Shown here: one piece after another, positions 8,244 to 17,670 of the stretch
Layout: every line of letters starts with the position of its first letter
Position numbering within the stretch: the stretch's first letter is position 1
Program-made: the position numbers and the translations under genes
Sequence record: PP408249.1
Reading direction: 5' to 3' (one strand)
DNA length: 64,000 nt
The notes under the pieces: model-generated
What the model saw: only the letters and a program-made list of their open reading frames with translations
The model's database searches: none
What the model was told of the DNA's origin: nothing

Positions 8244-9683
8244 GTGAAACAAAACAAAGACGTAGTAAAGGATTATAATACTGGCGTAGAAGATTTGTTT
8301 ATAAAATTTTTCTTAACTGACCCAGAATTGTTTATTAGATGCCGATCTATAATACAACGAGACCACTATTCGGATAAGATTAACCAAAAAGTTATAGATT
8401 TTCTAAATGAACATGCAGATAAACATAGTACTCTTCCTACTGTAGAACAAGTATCTGCCATAACAGGAAAATCATTTGAGTTATTAGATAACATACATGA
8501 TAGCCACAAAAATTGGTTTTTGGAAGAATACGAAACATTTGCTAGGCATAAACAACTAGAGAATGTAATATTAGAGTCTCCTGATTTATTAGTTACTGGT
8601 CGGTACGGAGAAGTTGAACAAAAAGTTAAGAATGCAGTTTCTATTGCATTAGTTAAAGATTTAGGTACTGATTATTTTGGAGATCCACTGTCCAGACTTA
8701 ATGCCATTAAAGACAGAAAATCGTTAGTGTCGACTGGCATGAAAGATTTAGATGCAAAACTGTACGGTGGTTTTGAGCGAGGCGCCCTAAATATTTTTGC
8801 AGGACAATCGGGCGCTGGCAAATCTATATTCCTACAAAATATAGGATTAAATTGGGCTATAGCAGGACTTAACGTAGTTTACCTTAGTTTAGAATTAAGC
8901 GAAAACTTATGTTCTATGCGCATAGATTCTATGAACACAGGTATTGATACAAAAGAAGTTTTACGCAGGGTAGATGACGTAGCTATAAAAGTTATTGAAT
9001 CTAAAAAGAAAACTAAAGGCTCCCTTCGAATTAAGCAATTACCTAACGGTTGTACAGCCAACGATATACGTTCTTATATAAAAGAATACGAAATTCAAAC
9101 AGGATTAAAAGTAGATGCAATAATGTTAGACTATTTGGATTTGTGTATGCCTATAAGTAAAAAGGTAAGTCCATCGGATCTGTTTGTTAAAGACAAATAC
9201 GTTTCTGAAGAATTAAGGAACTTAGCAGTCGAGCTTCAAATTCTATTAGTCACTGCATCGCAGTTAAACAGAAATTCACACGAATCTGTAGATTTTGGAC
9301 ATGAACACATTTCCGGAGGTATTTCTAAGATTAATACTGCCGATAATGTAATAGCTATTTTTACAACGCAAGCTATGAGAGAAAATGGAAGATATCAAAT
9401 TCAATTTCTTAAAACACGTTCGTCGTCGGGCGTCGGGCAGAAAGTAGATCTTGCGTTTGATCAAAGAACACTAAGATTATCTGATTTAGATCCAGAACAA
9501 GCTAGCGCATTATCCGAGAATACAAGGAGTGTTATTGATAAACTCCGCGCAGATAGGTCATTAGACACACCTAATAATAAAGATACTCATGTACAAAAGA
9601 CACCTGTTATTGAACAAAAACCGGCAGAATCTATGGTAGAAAAAAGTGCCCGGCTTCGTAATCTACTTAGCGGCAACAGATAA
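8244..9683 (+). CDS. replicative DNA helicase (gp41/DnaB-like)
   Basis: GQSGAGKS Walker A, LDYLD, TASQLNR, KTRSS. Confidence 0.9.
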   Translation: MKQNKDVVKDYNTGVEDLFIKFFLTDPELFIRCRSIIQRDHYSDKINQKVIDFLNEHADKHSTLPTVEQVSAITGKSFELLDNIHDSHKNWFLEEYETFARHKQLENVILESPDLLVTGRYGEVEQKVKNAVSIALVKDLGTDYFGDPLSRLNAIKDRKSLVSTGMKDLDAKLYGGFERGALNIFAGQSGAGKSIFLQNIGLNWAIAGLNVVYLSLELSENLCSMRIDSMNTGIDTKEVLRRVDDVAIKVIESKKKTKGSLRIKQLPNGCTANDIRSYIKEYEIQTGLKVDAIMLDYLDLCMPISKKVSPSDLFVKDKYVSEELRNLAVELQILLVTASQLNRNSHESVDFGHEHISGGISKINTADNVIAIFTTQAMRENGRYQIQFLKTRSSSGVGQKVDLAFDQRTLRLSDLDPEQASALSENTRSVIDKLRADRSLDTPNNKDTHVQKTPVIEQKPAESMVEKSARLRNLLSGNR

Positions 9684-9694
9684 TAGTAATAGTA

Positions 9695-9702
9695 GATAAA
9701 TA
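9695..9702 (+). promoter_or_regulatory. late promoter-like GATAAATA
   Basis: Intergenic, upstream of 9724; same motif precedes many putative late genes (15608, 16053, 17636, 33298, 52932, 57260). Confidence 0.5.
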
Positions 9703-9723
9703 TAACGAATAGGGGATACTGAT

Positions 9724-9963
9724 GTGAGTACTAGACGTAGTATTTTAGAAGAACTTAATAATTATGTTCCTTCTAAGAGCAAAGAAGAATTGATAGAATA
9801 TAGAGCAGAACATATAATACAATCTGCAATTCATCTAATTGAGTATATCGAATCTAATTACTCTGATGCAGACGCAGAGCAATTAGAAAAAAAATTACTT
9901 AGTAGTATCAAATACAAGGATGCTAAACGATTTAGTAAGTCAGTGAGAAAACTTAAGGAATAA
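9724..9963 (+). CDS. hypothetical protein
   Basis: 79 aa, GTG start after AGGGGA SD. Confidence 0.65.
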   Translation: MSTRRSILEELNNYVPSKSKEELIEYRAEHIIQSAIHLIEYIESNYSDADAEQLEKKLLSSIKYKDAKRFSKSVRKLKE

Positions 9964-9965
9964 TA

Positions 9966-10577
9966 ATGAAAAAAGTATTCGAAGCTAGTACATTTGACGA
10001 TTTCATTGGGTTAAACAGTCCAGTAGCACAACAGAGCAGCTATATGCATGAAGCACCGGATGTATCTGATGCAGAATCTTCTTCTAAAAAGAAGATAGCT
10101 TCTAAACAACCTAATAAAAAAGCACCTACTAAACGTACTACTAAAGAAGTCGTTAAACAATTTGTTAAAAAAGCAAGTGAAGATAATGCAAAAGTAGGTC
10201 CAGAAAAAAAAGAAACTGATCCAGAATATGTAAAGCAGTTTCTTATAGGTTTAGGATATCCGGAAGAGCAGGTGCAAGATATAATTCAAGGTAAATTAAA
10301 AGTCCAAACAAAAATACCTGAAATTATTCCAGATACACAAAAACTAGAAACAAAACCTGAACAACCTAAACAAACACAACGACCAGCGCCCACTCGCGCT
10401 CCTGAGCCAAGACCTGACATAGCAGGCGAACTTAACTCCTACACTAAAGCTAATACATTTGAATTGACTCCAGAACAACAGGAAGACATGGAGCGTATTC
10501 AAAGATTTGTAACATCAGGTGTGTTAAATAAAAGACAACTTCTTACGCTAATACGAGAATTAGAAAACGATGACTAA
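9966..10577 (+). CDS. hypothetical (probable late/head) protein
   Basis: 203 aa, K/P/Q-rich low complexity. Confidence 0.65.
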   Translation: MKKVFEASTFDDFIGLNSPVAQQSSYMHEAPDVSDAESSSKKKIASKQPNKKAPTKRTTKEVVKQFVKKASEDNAKVGPEKKETDPEYVKQFLIGLGYPEEQVQDIIQGKLKVQTKIPEIIPDTQKLETKPEQPKQTQRPAPTRAPEPRPDIAGELNSYTKANTFELTPEQQEDMERIQRFVTSGVLNKRQLLTLIRELENDD

Positions 10578-11769
10578 TAAAACTTTTAAAAGATTTTTAT
10601 CTACAGAAAAATCTAAACAGGAATTAAAAGATCTAAACCGTCTCTATGAATCTGTGCGTAACGATATTTCGGAGTTTACTACAATCATAGAGGCATTTAT
10701 TTCGCCGGGAGAAATAGTAAATATATTCAACATTGCTTCTAAGAAAAGAGGTTCTGGTAAAGGATTTTTAGGATCCTTTACCTCTGATAACAGAAGTGCA
10801 TCAAATGCTGCCAATCAAGTTAAACAGCGAATAGAGCCCGTAATAGACCAAATATATGATCAGGCAGAACAAACTGAAATATCACATGAAGTTCAGTCAG
10901 ATGATAAAGAAACTGCCGAAGAAGCTCAGCGTAAACTTAATAAACAGGCAATAAAAGATAAAGTAGATATAAAGACTGCATTATCTGGCCAAAGACGAGC
11001 AGCAGATGTTAATAAAATGGTAGATTATTTAATGAGACAGCTATCTAATTCTGCCGCCGCTGCATTTATATCATCTACTTTATCTGCCGCCGCAGAATCT
11101 GCTAAAAAAGGAACAGTAGCAAACGAAATATTTGCTATGTTATCATTTGCATTAGATAAAGTCAATAAAGAATTAGACGATACTTCCTCTACAAATGAAT
11201 CTATTATAAACGAAGGACCATTAGATTTTTTATCGAGGGCTTGGTCTAGAGTCACAGACACTATCGGCAACTCAAATGTAGGACAAAATGCATCTAATAA
11301 ACTAGATATATTAAAGGGACAATTAGGTCTAAATGGCGGCCGCGGCGAAGTTGATGCAGATATACTAAAACGAGTATGGAAGAATAAATATCACGGTTCT
11401 ACCGATAGTGCAGATATAGAGCAAATTCTCAAAGATTTTAAATTTAGTGATAGAGAAATCAAAAATATATTCAAAGAAGCAGGAATTACAAAAGAAGAAG
11501 ATTATAATGAAGAATTGGTTAGGGTAGCATCTCTTATTAAGAAAGCAGGGTTGCGGGCGCCCGTACTATCATGGCTAAAAAGAAACCAATCTAGATTGTA
11601 TAAACTTCTTCCTGAAAGTATCGAATCTCCTATAATGGAAAAGTCTACATTATCTGACAAAGATGTTTTAGATATTATTACTCAATTAACTTCTGAGACT
11701 GAACACCGAGATACCAATGAACTCGATCCAGATAATGAATCTAAACAGTTAAATAGAAAACATCGGTAA
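10570..11769 (+). CDS. hypothetical (probable late/head) protein
   Basis: 399 aa helical ORF followed by a terminator. Confidence 0.7.
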   Translation: MTNKTFKRFLSTEKSKQELKDLNRLYESVRNDISEFTTIIEAFISPGEIVNIFNIASKKRGSGKGFLGSFTSDNRSASNAANQVKQRIEPVIDQIYDQAEQTEISHEVQSDDKETAEEAQRKLNKQAIKDKVDIKTALSGQRRAADVNKMVDYLMRQLSNSAAAAFISSTLSAAAESAKKGTVANEIFAMLSFALDKVNKELDDTSSTNESIINEGPLDFLSRAWSRVTDTIGNSNVGQNASNKLDILKGQLGLNGGRGEVDADILKRVWKNKYHGSTDSADIEQILKDFKFSDREIKNIFKEAGITKEEDYNEELVRVASLIKKAGLRAPVLSWLKRNQSRLYKLLPESIESPIMEKSTLSDKDVLDIITQLTSETEHRDTNELDPDNESKQLNRKHR

Positions 11770-11782
11770 TATTATTTTCTAT

Positions 11783-11821
11783 AAAAATCCCGTTACTGCT
11801 TGACGCAATAACGGGATTTTT
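11783..11821 (+). terminator. bidirectional intrinsic terminator
   Basis: AAAAATCCCGTTA...TAACGGGATTTTT. Confidence 0.8.
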
Positions 11822-11829
11822 GCTATTAT
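11800..11829 (+). promoter_or_regulatory. sigma70-like promoter with -35 in the terminator loop
   Basis: TTGACG-18-TATTAT with extended -10 TGc. Confidence 0.5.
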
Positions 11830-11853
11830 AACTTCGAATAATAAGGTAATAGT

Positions 11854-13194
11854 ATGAATATTGCAGAAATACAAAAACACAAAGGGATTAAACATTTAGA
11901 TAACTTAACACTCACAGAATTAGTATCATTTGTTAATTCCATGCATGAAGCTACTATAACAGAAAAAATAGACGGTTACTATTTATGTATGGGGTTAGAT
12001 AATATAGGTTTATTCACATCTAGGGAAGGTAAGGGCGGAACTAGAATTTATAATATTTCTGCATTAGAAAAGACATTTAAGAATGTATACCATATAATAG
12101 CCCACACCCTGTTAGAACAAAATAAAGACATTTTAATTAAAAGTGGATTATCAGTTGGAGATATATATGAAATCGAAGTATTATACGGGAAGATACCCAA
12201 CGTAATTGAATATGACGGTATTAATCGAATTGTGTTTTTAAGAAATTTAAACGGCAATTCGTTTGATTGTGTATCTACAGCAATGAATAACATAAGAGAT
12301 TGTGTTGAGTTGTCTATACCTGTAGTAAATGACAATGGTGTAGGTTTTACTGAAGAGACGAGTATAACAGAATGGGAATTTTCTAAATTAGAAAGTATAA
12401 AACTATCTAATGTTAATCTTCAATTAGATACAATTTTAAAAGATATAGTAGACTTTGCTAGTTCTCCTTCTAAAATAGAAGGGATGACTAATTTAAAATC
12501 AATTGAACTTAAAGTGACTAGTAGGTTAAATAGCGAGAAAGTTACTGAAGATAGCAAACAACTCATTAAAGATAATAGAGAGTATATTTTCAACAAAACA
12601 AAAGAGTTTTCTTCTAAGTTAAAAGAACGTATATTAAATGATATATCTTTAAAATCTAATTTCGGTGCTACCTTTGTAGAAGGATATGTAATACGTACAC
12701 CTAGTATGCAAGTAAAAATTGTAGATAAGACTTTATTTACTGAAGTAAATGAATTTTATCATATGTACAGTAATGCACTTTGTAGATTGGCAACGAATGA
12801 TAATATCTCCGGACAAACTTCTCTATTTAGTGAAACTTTTATAAAAGTAGGCAAAGTCCTCGGCAATAAAAATCTAGGCACAGTTAGGCGCAAACAAGTA
12901 AACATTGATGATAGAATTCTAAATAATATAGATAAAAATGTAATATTAGGAATACTATCTGAATCTATAAACGAGCTAGACACTTTTACTAAATCTTATT
13001 TAAACAGATATAAAGATATGGAAAAAGTAGTATATAAATCGTATATGAAATATACATTTAGATATAACGATTCTGTTCATACAAAAACATTAGAAGCAAT
13101 TTCTAATCTTAGGAATAGATTGTATAATGCGAAAGAAATAGTTAGTAATTCTAGTTATGTAAAAGAATTATTTAATAAGTTGGCGTCTATATAG
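11854..13194 (+). CDS. RNA-ligase-like (covalent nucleotidyltransferase fold) protein
   Basis: TEKIDG (motif I), EIEVL (III), VEGYVIR (IV), VKIVDK (V). Confidence 0.6.
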   Translation: MNIAEIQKHKGIKHLDNLTLTELVSFVNSMHEATITEKIDGYYLCMGLDNIGLFTSREGKGGTRIYNISALEKTFKNVYHIIAHTLLEQNKDILIKSGLSVGDIYEIEVLYGKIPNVIEYDGINRIVFLRNLNGNSFDCVSTAMNNIRDCVELSIPVVNDNGVGFTEETSITEWEFSKLESIKLSNVNLQLDTILKDIVDFASSPSKIEGMTNLKSIELKVTSRLNSEKVTEDSKQLIKDNREYIFNKTKEFSSKLKERILNDISLKSNFGATFVEGYVIRTPSMQVKIVDKTLFTEVNEFYHMYSNALCRLATNDNISGQTSLFSETFIKVGKVLGNKNLGTVRRKQVNIDDRILNNIDKNVILGILSESINELDTFTKSYLNRYKDMEKVVYKSYMKYTFRYNDSVHTKTLEAISNLRNRLYNAKEIVSNSSYVKELFNKLASI

Positions 13195-14214
13195 ATGGCA
13201 CATTTAAGTAAAACTCAACTATTAAAAAGAAATAATTGGGATATATTTCTTAATAAAATAGAAAATAGAGAGTATTTTACACTAGTAAATGGTAGTAAAA
13301 TAAAATTAGGATATAAGTCTACTGTAGCTAATTCTAAATTTGTTAAATTTTTACGTTCTTCGGGTTTAGAGAAGTCGCTGGAATCGTTAAAAAATGGGAA
13401 TAAAATTGTATTCCCGTCCGGTAGTGATACTGTAGCCCTTTCTGAAATATTAAAATCTAGTGAATTTGGCGGAAAACCCGGAAGCAAACAGTTATTAGAA
13501 AGGCAAGAACATTCCTTTGTATCTATAATAAATAATGAAACAAGTAGTTGCCCTGTCACTATTAATGCTAATTTAAAAATAGAAAATGTTACAAATGCAT
13601 ATAAATATAGTGGGAGAAACAGTTTAGGAAAAGAACCGTACACTGATGTTGTTCTTAATACAGTTAACGGAGCGTGCTACAATATAAGTATGAAAGGTGT
13701 TACGTCACCGTCTATAGCAGGCGGTGGCCTAGCAGGCATAAACGTAATAGCACCCGGATTTATGAACGAACCGTTGCAATGTGCTATAGAATACTTTAAA
13801 AACAAAGGATATAAACAGGGTCACGAATTTTCTAAAAATGACCCAGCAGATGTATTTTATAAAATTCCAGTTTCTGTTGCTACTAAGATAGTAAAAGGTA
13901 CAAAAGAAATGGGAGGACCCATAGATTATCTATACATAGGTCCTATGGATGTAAAATATTCTGTTACAGATGATGTGATTACATTTAATGGTAAATTTTT
14001 AACTGTTTCTGATTTAATAAATTCGGAAGAATTATATATTAGGATTAGGCGACGGTCAAATGACCAGACACTAACATATATTGATGTAGATACATTTGGA
14101 TATCCTAGCTTATTTACTAGTCAATCCGAGCCTAACAGACGGATAGAAGTTTATAAGAAATCCCAAATGCCAAGGAACGCAACAATAATTAATAAGGGTT
14201 TACAATGCGATTAG
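13195..14214 (+). CDS. putative restriction-endonuclease-fold protein
   Basis: E...PYTDVVL...YNISMKG resembles a PD-(D/E/S)xK core. Confidence 0.45.
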   Translation: MAHLSKTQLLKRNNWDIFLNKIENREYFTLVNGSKIKLGYKSTVANSKFVKFLRSSGLEKSLESLKNGNKIVFPSGSDTVALSEILKSSEFGGKPGSKQLLERQEHSFVSIINNETSSCPVTINANLKIENVTNAYKYSGRNSLGKEPYTDVVLNTVNGACYNISMKGVTSPSIAGGGLAGINVIAPGFMNEPLQCAIEYFKNKGYKQGHEFSKNDPADVFYKIPVSVATKIVKGTKEMGGPIDYLYIGPMDVKYSVTDDVITFNGKFLTVSDLINSEELYIRIRRRSNDQTLTYIDVDTFGYPSLFTSQSEPNRRIEVYKKSQMPRNATIINKGLQCD

Positions 14215-14450
14215 ATGAAATACAAAGTAAAACTCCTGTATCCGATATTACTAAGGATATAGCTTTCGATAAGAGTTTATATCAAAAGGTCATTAAAATA
14301 ATTAATAAGAGAATTAAATTAGGCGACCTCGGCGCCAGCGCAGCGAAACGGTCTGTAATAAAACGCTGGAAAACAGGCGATCGCATTGCGCAAGGTTATA
14401 ACGCAGATTTAAGTAAAATAAATCTATCAATATCGGACGTATTAAAATAA
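14205..14450 (+). CDS. hypothetical protein
   Basis: 81 aa, overlapping neighbours. Confidence 0.6.
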   Translation: MRLDEIQSKTPVSDITKDIAFDKSLYQKVIKIINKRIKLGDLGASAAKRSVIKRWKTGDRIAQGYNADLSKINLSISDVLK

Positions 14451-15163
14451 TGAGCGGAAATGCATTCGGTCAATTAGAACCGGTGAGTTTATCGGTATTA
14501 CCAGATATAGTGTTGTCGTTAGAAAGTATTCTTAGTTTATCTTTATCGAATAACTATTTAGGATCTACTGGAAAATTTCCAGTAACAGGTGATATAGATT
14601 TAGCAATAGATAAAGATTATATAACGTTATCTGATTTTAAATCTTTATTATTATCTTCGTTTGGTCAAGAAAATGTAATCCAACATGGCGGACAGCCATC
14701 TTTCTCTGTTAAATATCAGCACACCGATACTAAATATTATCAGGTAGATTTTATGCACGGGGAAGTTAATTGGCTAAAATTATATTATTTTAGAGATGAA
14801 AACTCAGCATACAAAGGATCTCATAGAAATTTAGCAATTTCTGGAATTTTCCAAACACAATTCTTGGATCCCACTACTGATTATGTTTCTAGATATATAT
14901 GGTCGCCTGTTAGGGGTATGGTACGAATAAATCGATATTACGATACATCTATACCTGACGTTACTATATCGCAAACTACTCATCCTACTTTAATAAAATA
15001 TGTACTAGGGGCTAATATAAATTCCTTAGAGGATTTATATAATTTTATTCCGTATTATGAAGGAGATCCAGAAGCGACGTATTCTGCTATAGCAAATAAT
15101 TTTAAAAATGCTAATATAGTGGACGGTTTTGTATTTCCTACAGAAATACAAAAATATATTTAG
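14450..15163 (+). CDS. Pol-beta superfamily nucleotidyltransferase
   Basis: LGSTGK...GDIDLAID and QVDFM (GS, DxD, third Asp). Confidence 0.7.
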   Translation: MSGNAFGQLEPVSLSVLPDIVLSLESILSLSLSNNYLGSTGKFPVTGDIDLAIDKDYITLSDFKSLLLSSFGQENVIQHGGQPSFSVKYQHTDTKYYQVDFMHGEVNWLKLYYFRDENSAYKGSHRNLAISGIFQTQFLDPTTDYVSRYIWSPVRGMVRINRYYDTSIPDVTISQTTHPTLIKYVLGANINSLEDLYNFIPYYEGDPEATYSAIANNFKNANIVDGFVFPTEIQKYI

Positions 15164-15170
15164 GATTTTT

Positions 15171-15602
15171 ATGTCTAGTTATCAATCACGTTTTGACAAA
15201 ATTATGTCGTCTATAGACAATACAACTAATATAAAAGTAGACTGGGATGACATAAAAAACAATGGAACTCAAGCAGAATTTCATAGAAAGCACAAAGGCG
15301 AAGTTATATTTGGGTACAACTTTGGCGGAAAATTTTACTATAAACACGGCAACGTAATTAAGTCACTTCCGTATCCCGGTCTGGAAGAGAGTGTATCTTT
15401 GCAAGAAAGTAGACCTACTAGATTAATAGACCTTATTTCTAGTATAGGAAAGAGTGATTTTATAAAAGATATAGTTTCTATAAAATCTACAGCTAATGGC
15501 ATAGTTGCGTTAGTTAGTACAACGGATGGAAATGCATATGAAATAACTCTCATTCCGGCAGAATACTCTACAAAATTTCCGGAAAAAACTAATAAACAAT
15601 AG
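15171..15602 (+). CDS. hypothetical protein
   Basis: ATG 15171 after AGGA preferred over the overlapping 15129 start. Confidence 0.65.
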   Translation: MSSYQSRFDKIMSSIDNTTNIKVDWDDIKNNGTQAEFHRKHKGEVIFGYNFGGKFYYKHGNVIKSLPYPGLEESVSLQESRPTRLIDLISSIGKSDFIKDIVSIKSTANGIVALVSTTDGNAYEITLIPAEYSTKFPEKTNKQ

Positions 15603-15668
15603 AAAAAGATAAATAACTATAGCTACAAAGGAAACTTTGTATAAATTAATTAATGGAGAATATTTAAC

Positions 15669-15971
15669 ATGGTACAAAAAGTACATGGCGGCATCTTAGC
15701 AGGTACTAACTTAACTGGTCATCTGCAATATCTAAAAATCGAAGTTGCTAGCGTTGACGTAAACCCGCAATTACCTAACAGCGTAGCAGAACAAGTATAT
15801 CGCACTGTTTCTTTAAAATCGACTCTAGTTATTATAGAATTCGATGCTGGTGTAATGCATGTTGCTGTAGAAAATGCTGGCGCCGGCTGGACCAAGGCAG
15901 ACCTAGAAGCTGCATTAACTGCTGCTGGTTTGACCGGTACTGTTACTGTAGGTAAGTTTACTGTAGTTTAA
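15669..15971 (+). CDS. small probable virion protein
   Basis: GATAAATA at 15608, GGAG SD, high-expression codon bias, own terminator. Confidence 0.65.
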   Translation: MVQKVHGGILAGTNLTGHLQYLKIEVASVDVNPQLPNSVAEQVYRTVSLKSTLVIIEFDAGVMHVAVENAGAGWTKADLEAALTAAGLTGTVTVGKFTVV

Positions 15972-15994
15972 TATAGTTAACTTAAATGAAACTT

Positions 15995-16017
15995 GAAAGG
16001 GCTTAATAAGCCCTTTC
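15995..16017 (+). terminator. intrinsic terminator
   Basis: GAAAGGGCTTA-A-TAAGCCCTTTC. Confidence 0.7.
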
Positions 16018-16089
16018 TTGTTCTTAGTGTGTAGAAAAAACTTTACATATGCGATAAATACCTATATAATATGTGTATAGGTAATAGCA

Positions 16090-16554
16090 ATGACACAAAA
16101 AATTCATGGTACTAGTAGTGCCCAACAAAATCTAACTGCCGATGTACCCTATTTTATAGTATATGCGCAATCCGATAAGGCATATACTGATCCCGAAAAC
16201 GCAGAAGGGATAAACATCTTAGTAACAAATAATATACATGATATAAGCCAAAAGAATTTCGAAATACTTCTTCAAAGTATAGGTCTCAGAGCTATGCCAG
16301 TTATAATGAATAATCCTGTTCCTGTTGCTAATTTAGCTGCATATGGTGCCCCTACATTAATTGGCGAAGGATTTGTATGGAAATTCGCATGCGAAATGCC
16401 GGAAGTGTTTACTAATTATAACCCATATGGTACACCCGGAACAACCGGGTTATTAGTAGACGAACTAGATGGTATTATATTGCCGTCAGGTACCATTATA
16501 AGAACATATGGGTCGGGTTTAAACATAGAATTTGTGAGATCTTCATTATTATGA
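16090..16554 (+). CDS. probable virion protein, paralog of 15669..15971
   Basis: N-terminus MTQKIHG..QNLT versus MVQKVHG..TNLT; GATAAATA at 16053. Confidence 0.6.
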   Translation: MTQKIHGTSSAQQNLTADVPYFIVYAQSDKAYTDPENAEGINILVTNNIHDISQKNFEILLQSIGLRAMPVIMNNPVPVANLAAYGAPTLIGEGFVWKFACEMPEVFTNYNPYGTPGTTGLLVDELDGIILPSGTIIRTYGSGLNIEFVRSSLL

Positions 16555-17177
16555 ATAAAATAAAATTAGAACAAATATTAAAAGAGCAATTCGGTTTAAA
16601 CGAACTAGAATTACGTTCATTTATGAAATATATTTCATTTAAGGATTTCGTGGCATTAACTGAGAGTCAAGACCACATAGATTCTGACATTATAAAACAT
16701 ATAGTAGAATCATTAGATAATAGTTATTCTGCTGTAAGGGATACTTCGATTGCACCAAATCAACAACAAAAAATTACTGCTGCTGATTTAACTAATTTAA
16801 AAGATACTCCTAATTTTAAGAAATTAAAAACTGGTGATAAACTTACAATTGCCAATCCCGAATCCGGAAATCCTAAAGATGTAACAGTAAAAAATAAAAC
16901 AATAGCAGGCAATACTATTACTATTAATACTTCCGACGGCGGTTCGATTGTTCAATCGGGCGATAGTATAATTCCGGTTACTCCTAATATGTCTGCAGAC
17001 GATGCAACAAAAGAAATCGATCGTATAAAAAAATTAGCCGGTATATCTAATGATTCGGCTGTAGATGAATCATCATTTATGTCATCTGCTGCTATAAGTG
17101 GTGTAGTAACTCCATTGGGTGAAATAAAACGTAGACATAAGAAACCTAAAAAACCCGGTCCCAAACCAAAAAAGTAA
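16551..17177 (+). CDS. hypothetical (probable late/head) protein
   Basis: 208 aa ORF in late block. Confidence 0.65.
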   Translation: MNKIKLEQILKEQFGLNELELRSFMKYISFKDFVALTESQDHIDSDIIKHIVESLDNSYSAVRDTSIAPNQQQKITAADLTNLKDTPNFKKLKTGDKLTIANPESGNPKDVTVKNKTIAGNTITINTSDGGSIVQSGDSIIPVTPNMSADDATKEIDRIKKLAGISNDSAVDESSFMSSAAISGVVTPLGEIKRRHKKPKKPGPKPKK

Positions 17178-17178
17178 T

Positions 17179-17634
17179 ATGCCTAAAAAAATAAACAAAA
17201 AGAAAATATTAGAGACATTTGATGAAGTAATATCATCTACTATACTATCATTAAATGAAGATGAGTTAGAATTATTAGCAGATAAAAAGAATGAATCTGT
17301 ATATGGTAGTTATGTAATTAAATATAAAAATGATAAGTGGATAATAGTTAATTCCGATACAGCAAGAAAAGAAAACATTTCTTTTAACTTATACAGTACG
17401 GCATACTGCTATGCTATGTGTATGGAAAAGAATTTAATAAACGGAAAAAGAAAAGTTCTAAATTGGGAATCTAGTTACACAAAACATTTAAATGATATAG
17501 TTCATTATTCGTATTCTAAACGATTTGCTAATTTAGAAGATACTTGTATGTATGATGACAGAATTTCTGTTGCTAAACACAACATAGTTAAGCTAAAGCG
17601 CGCAATTAGATCCTTTAGGTTATCTAATAAATAA
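17179..17634 (+). CDS. hypothetical protein
   Basis: 151 aa ORF. Confidence 0.65.
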   Translation: MPKKINKKKILETFDEVISSTILSLNEDELELLADKKNESVYGSYVIKYKNDKWIIVNSDTARKENISFNLYSTAYCYAMCMEKNLINGKRKVLNWESSYTKHLNDIVHYSYSKRFANLEDTCMYDDRISVAKHNIVKLKRAIRSFRLSNK

Positions 17635-17670
17635 TGATAAATATATACAAAATTATAAGGTAATTTAGCT

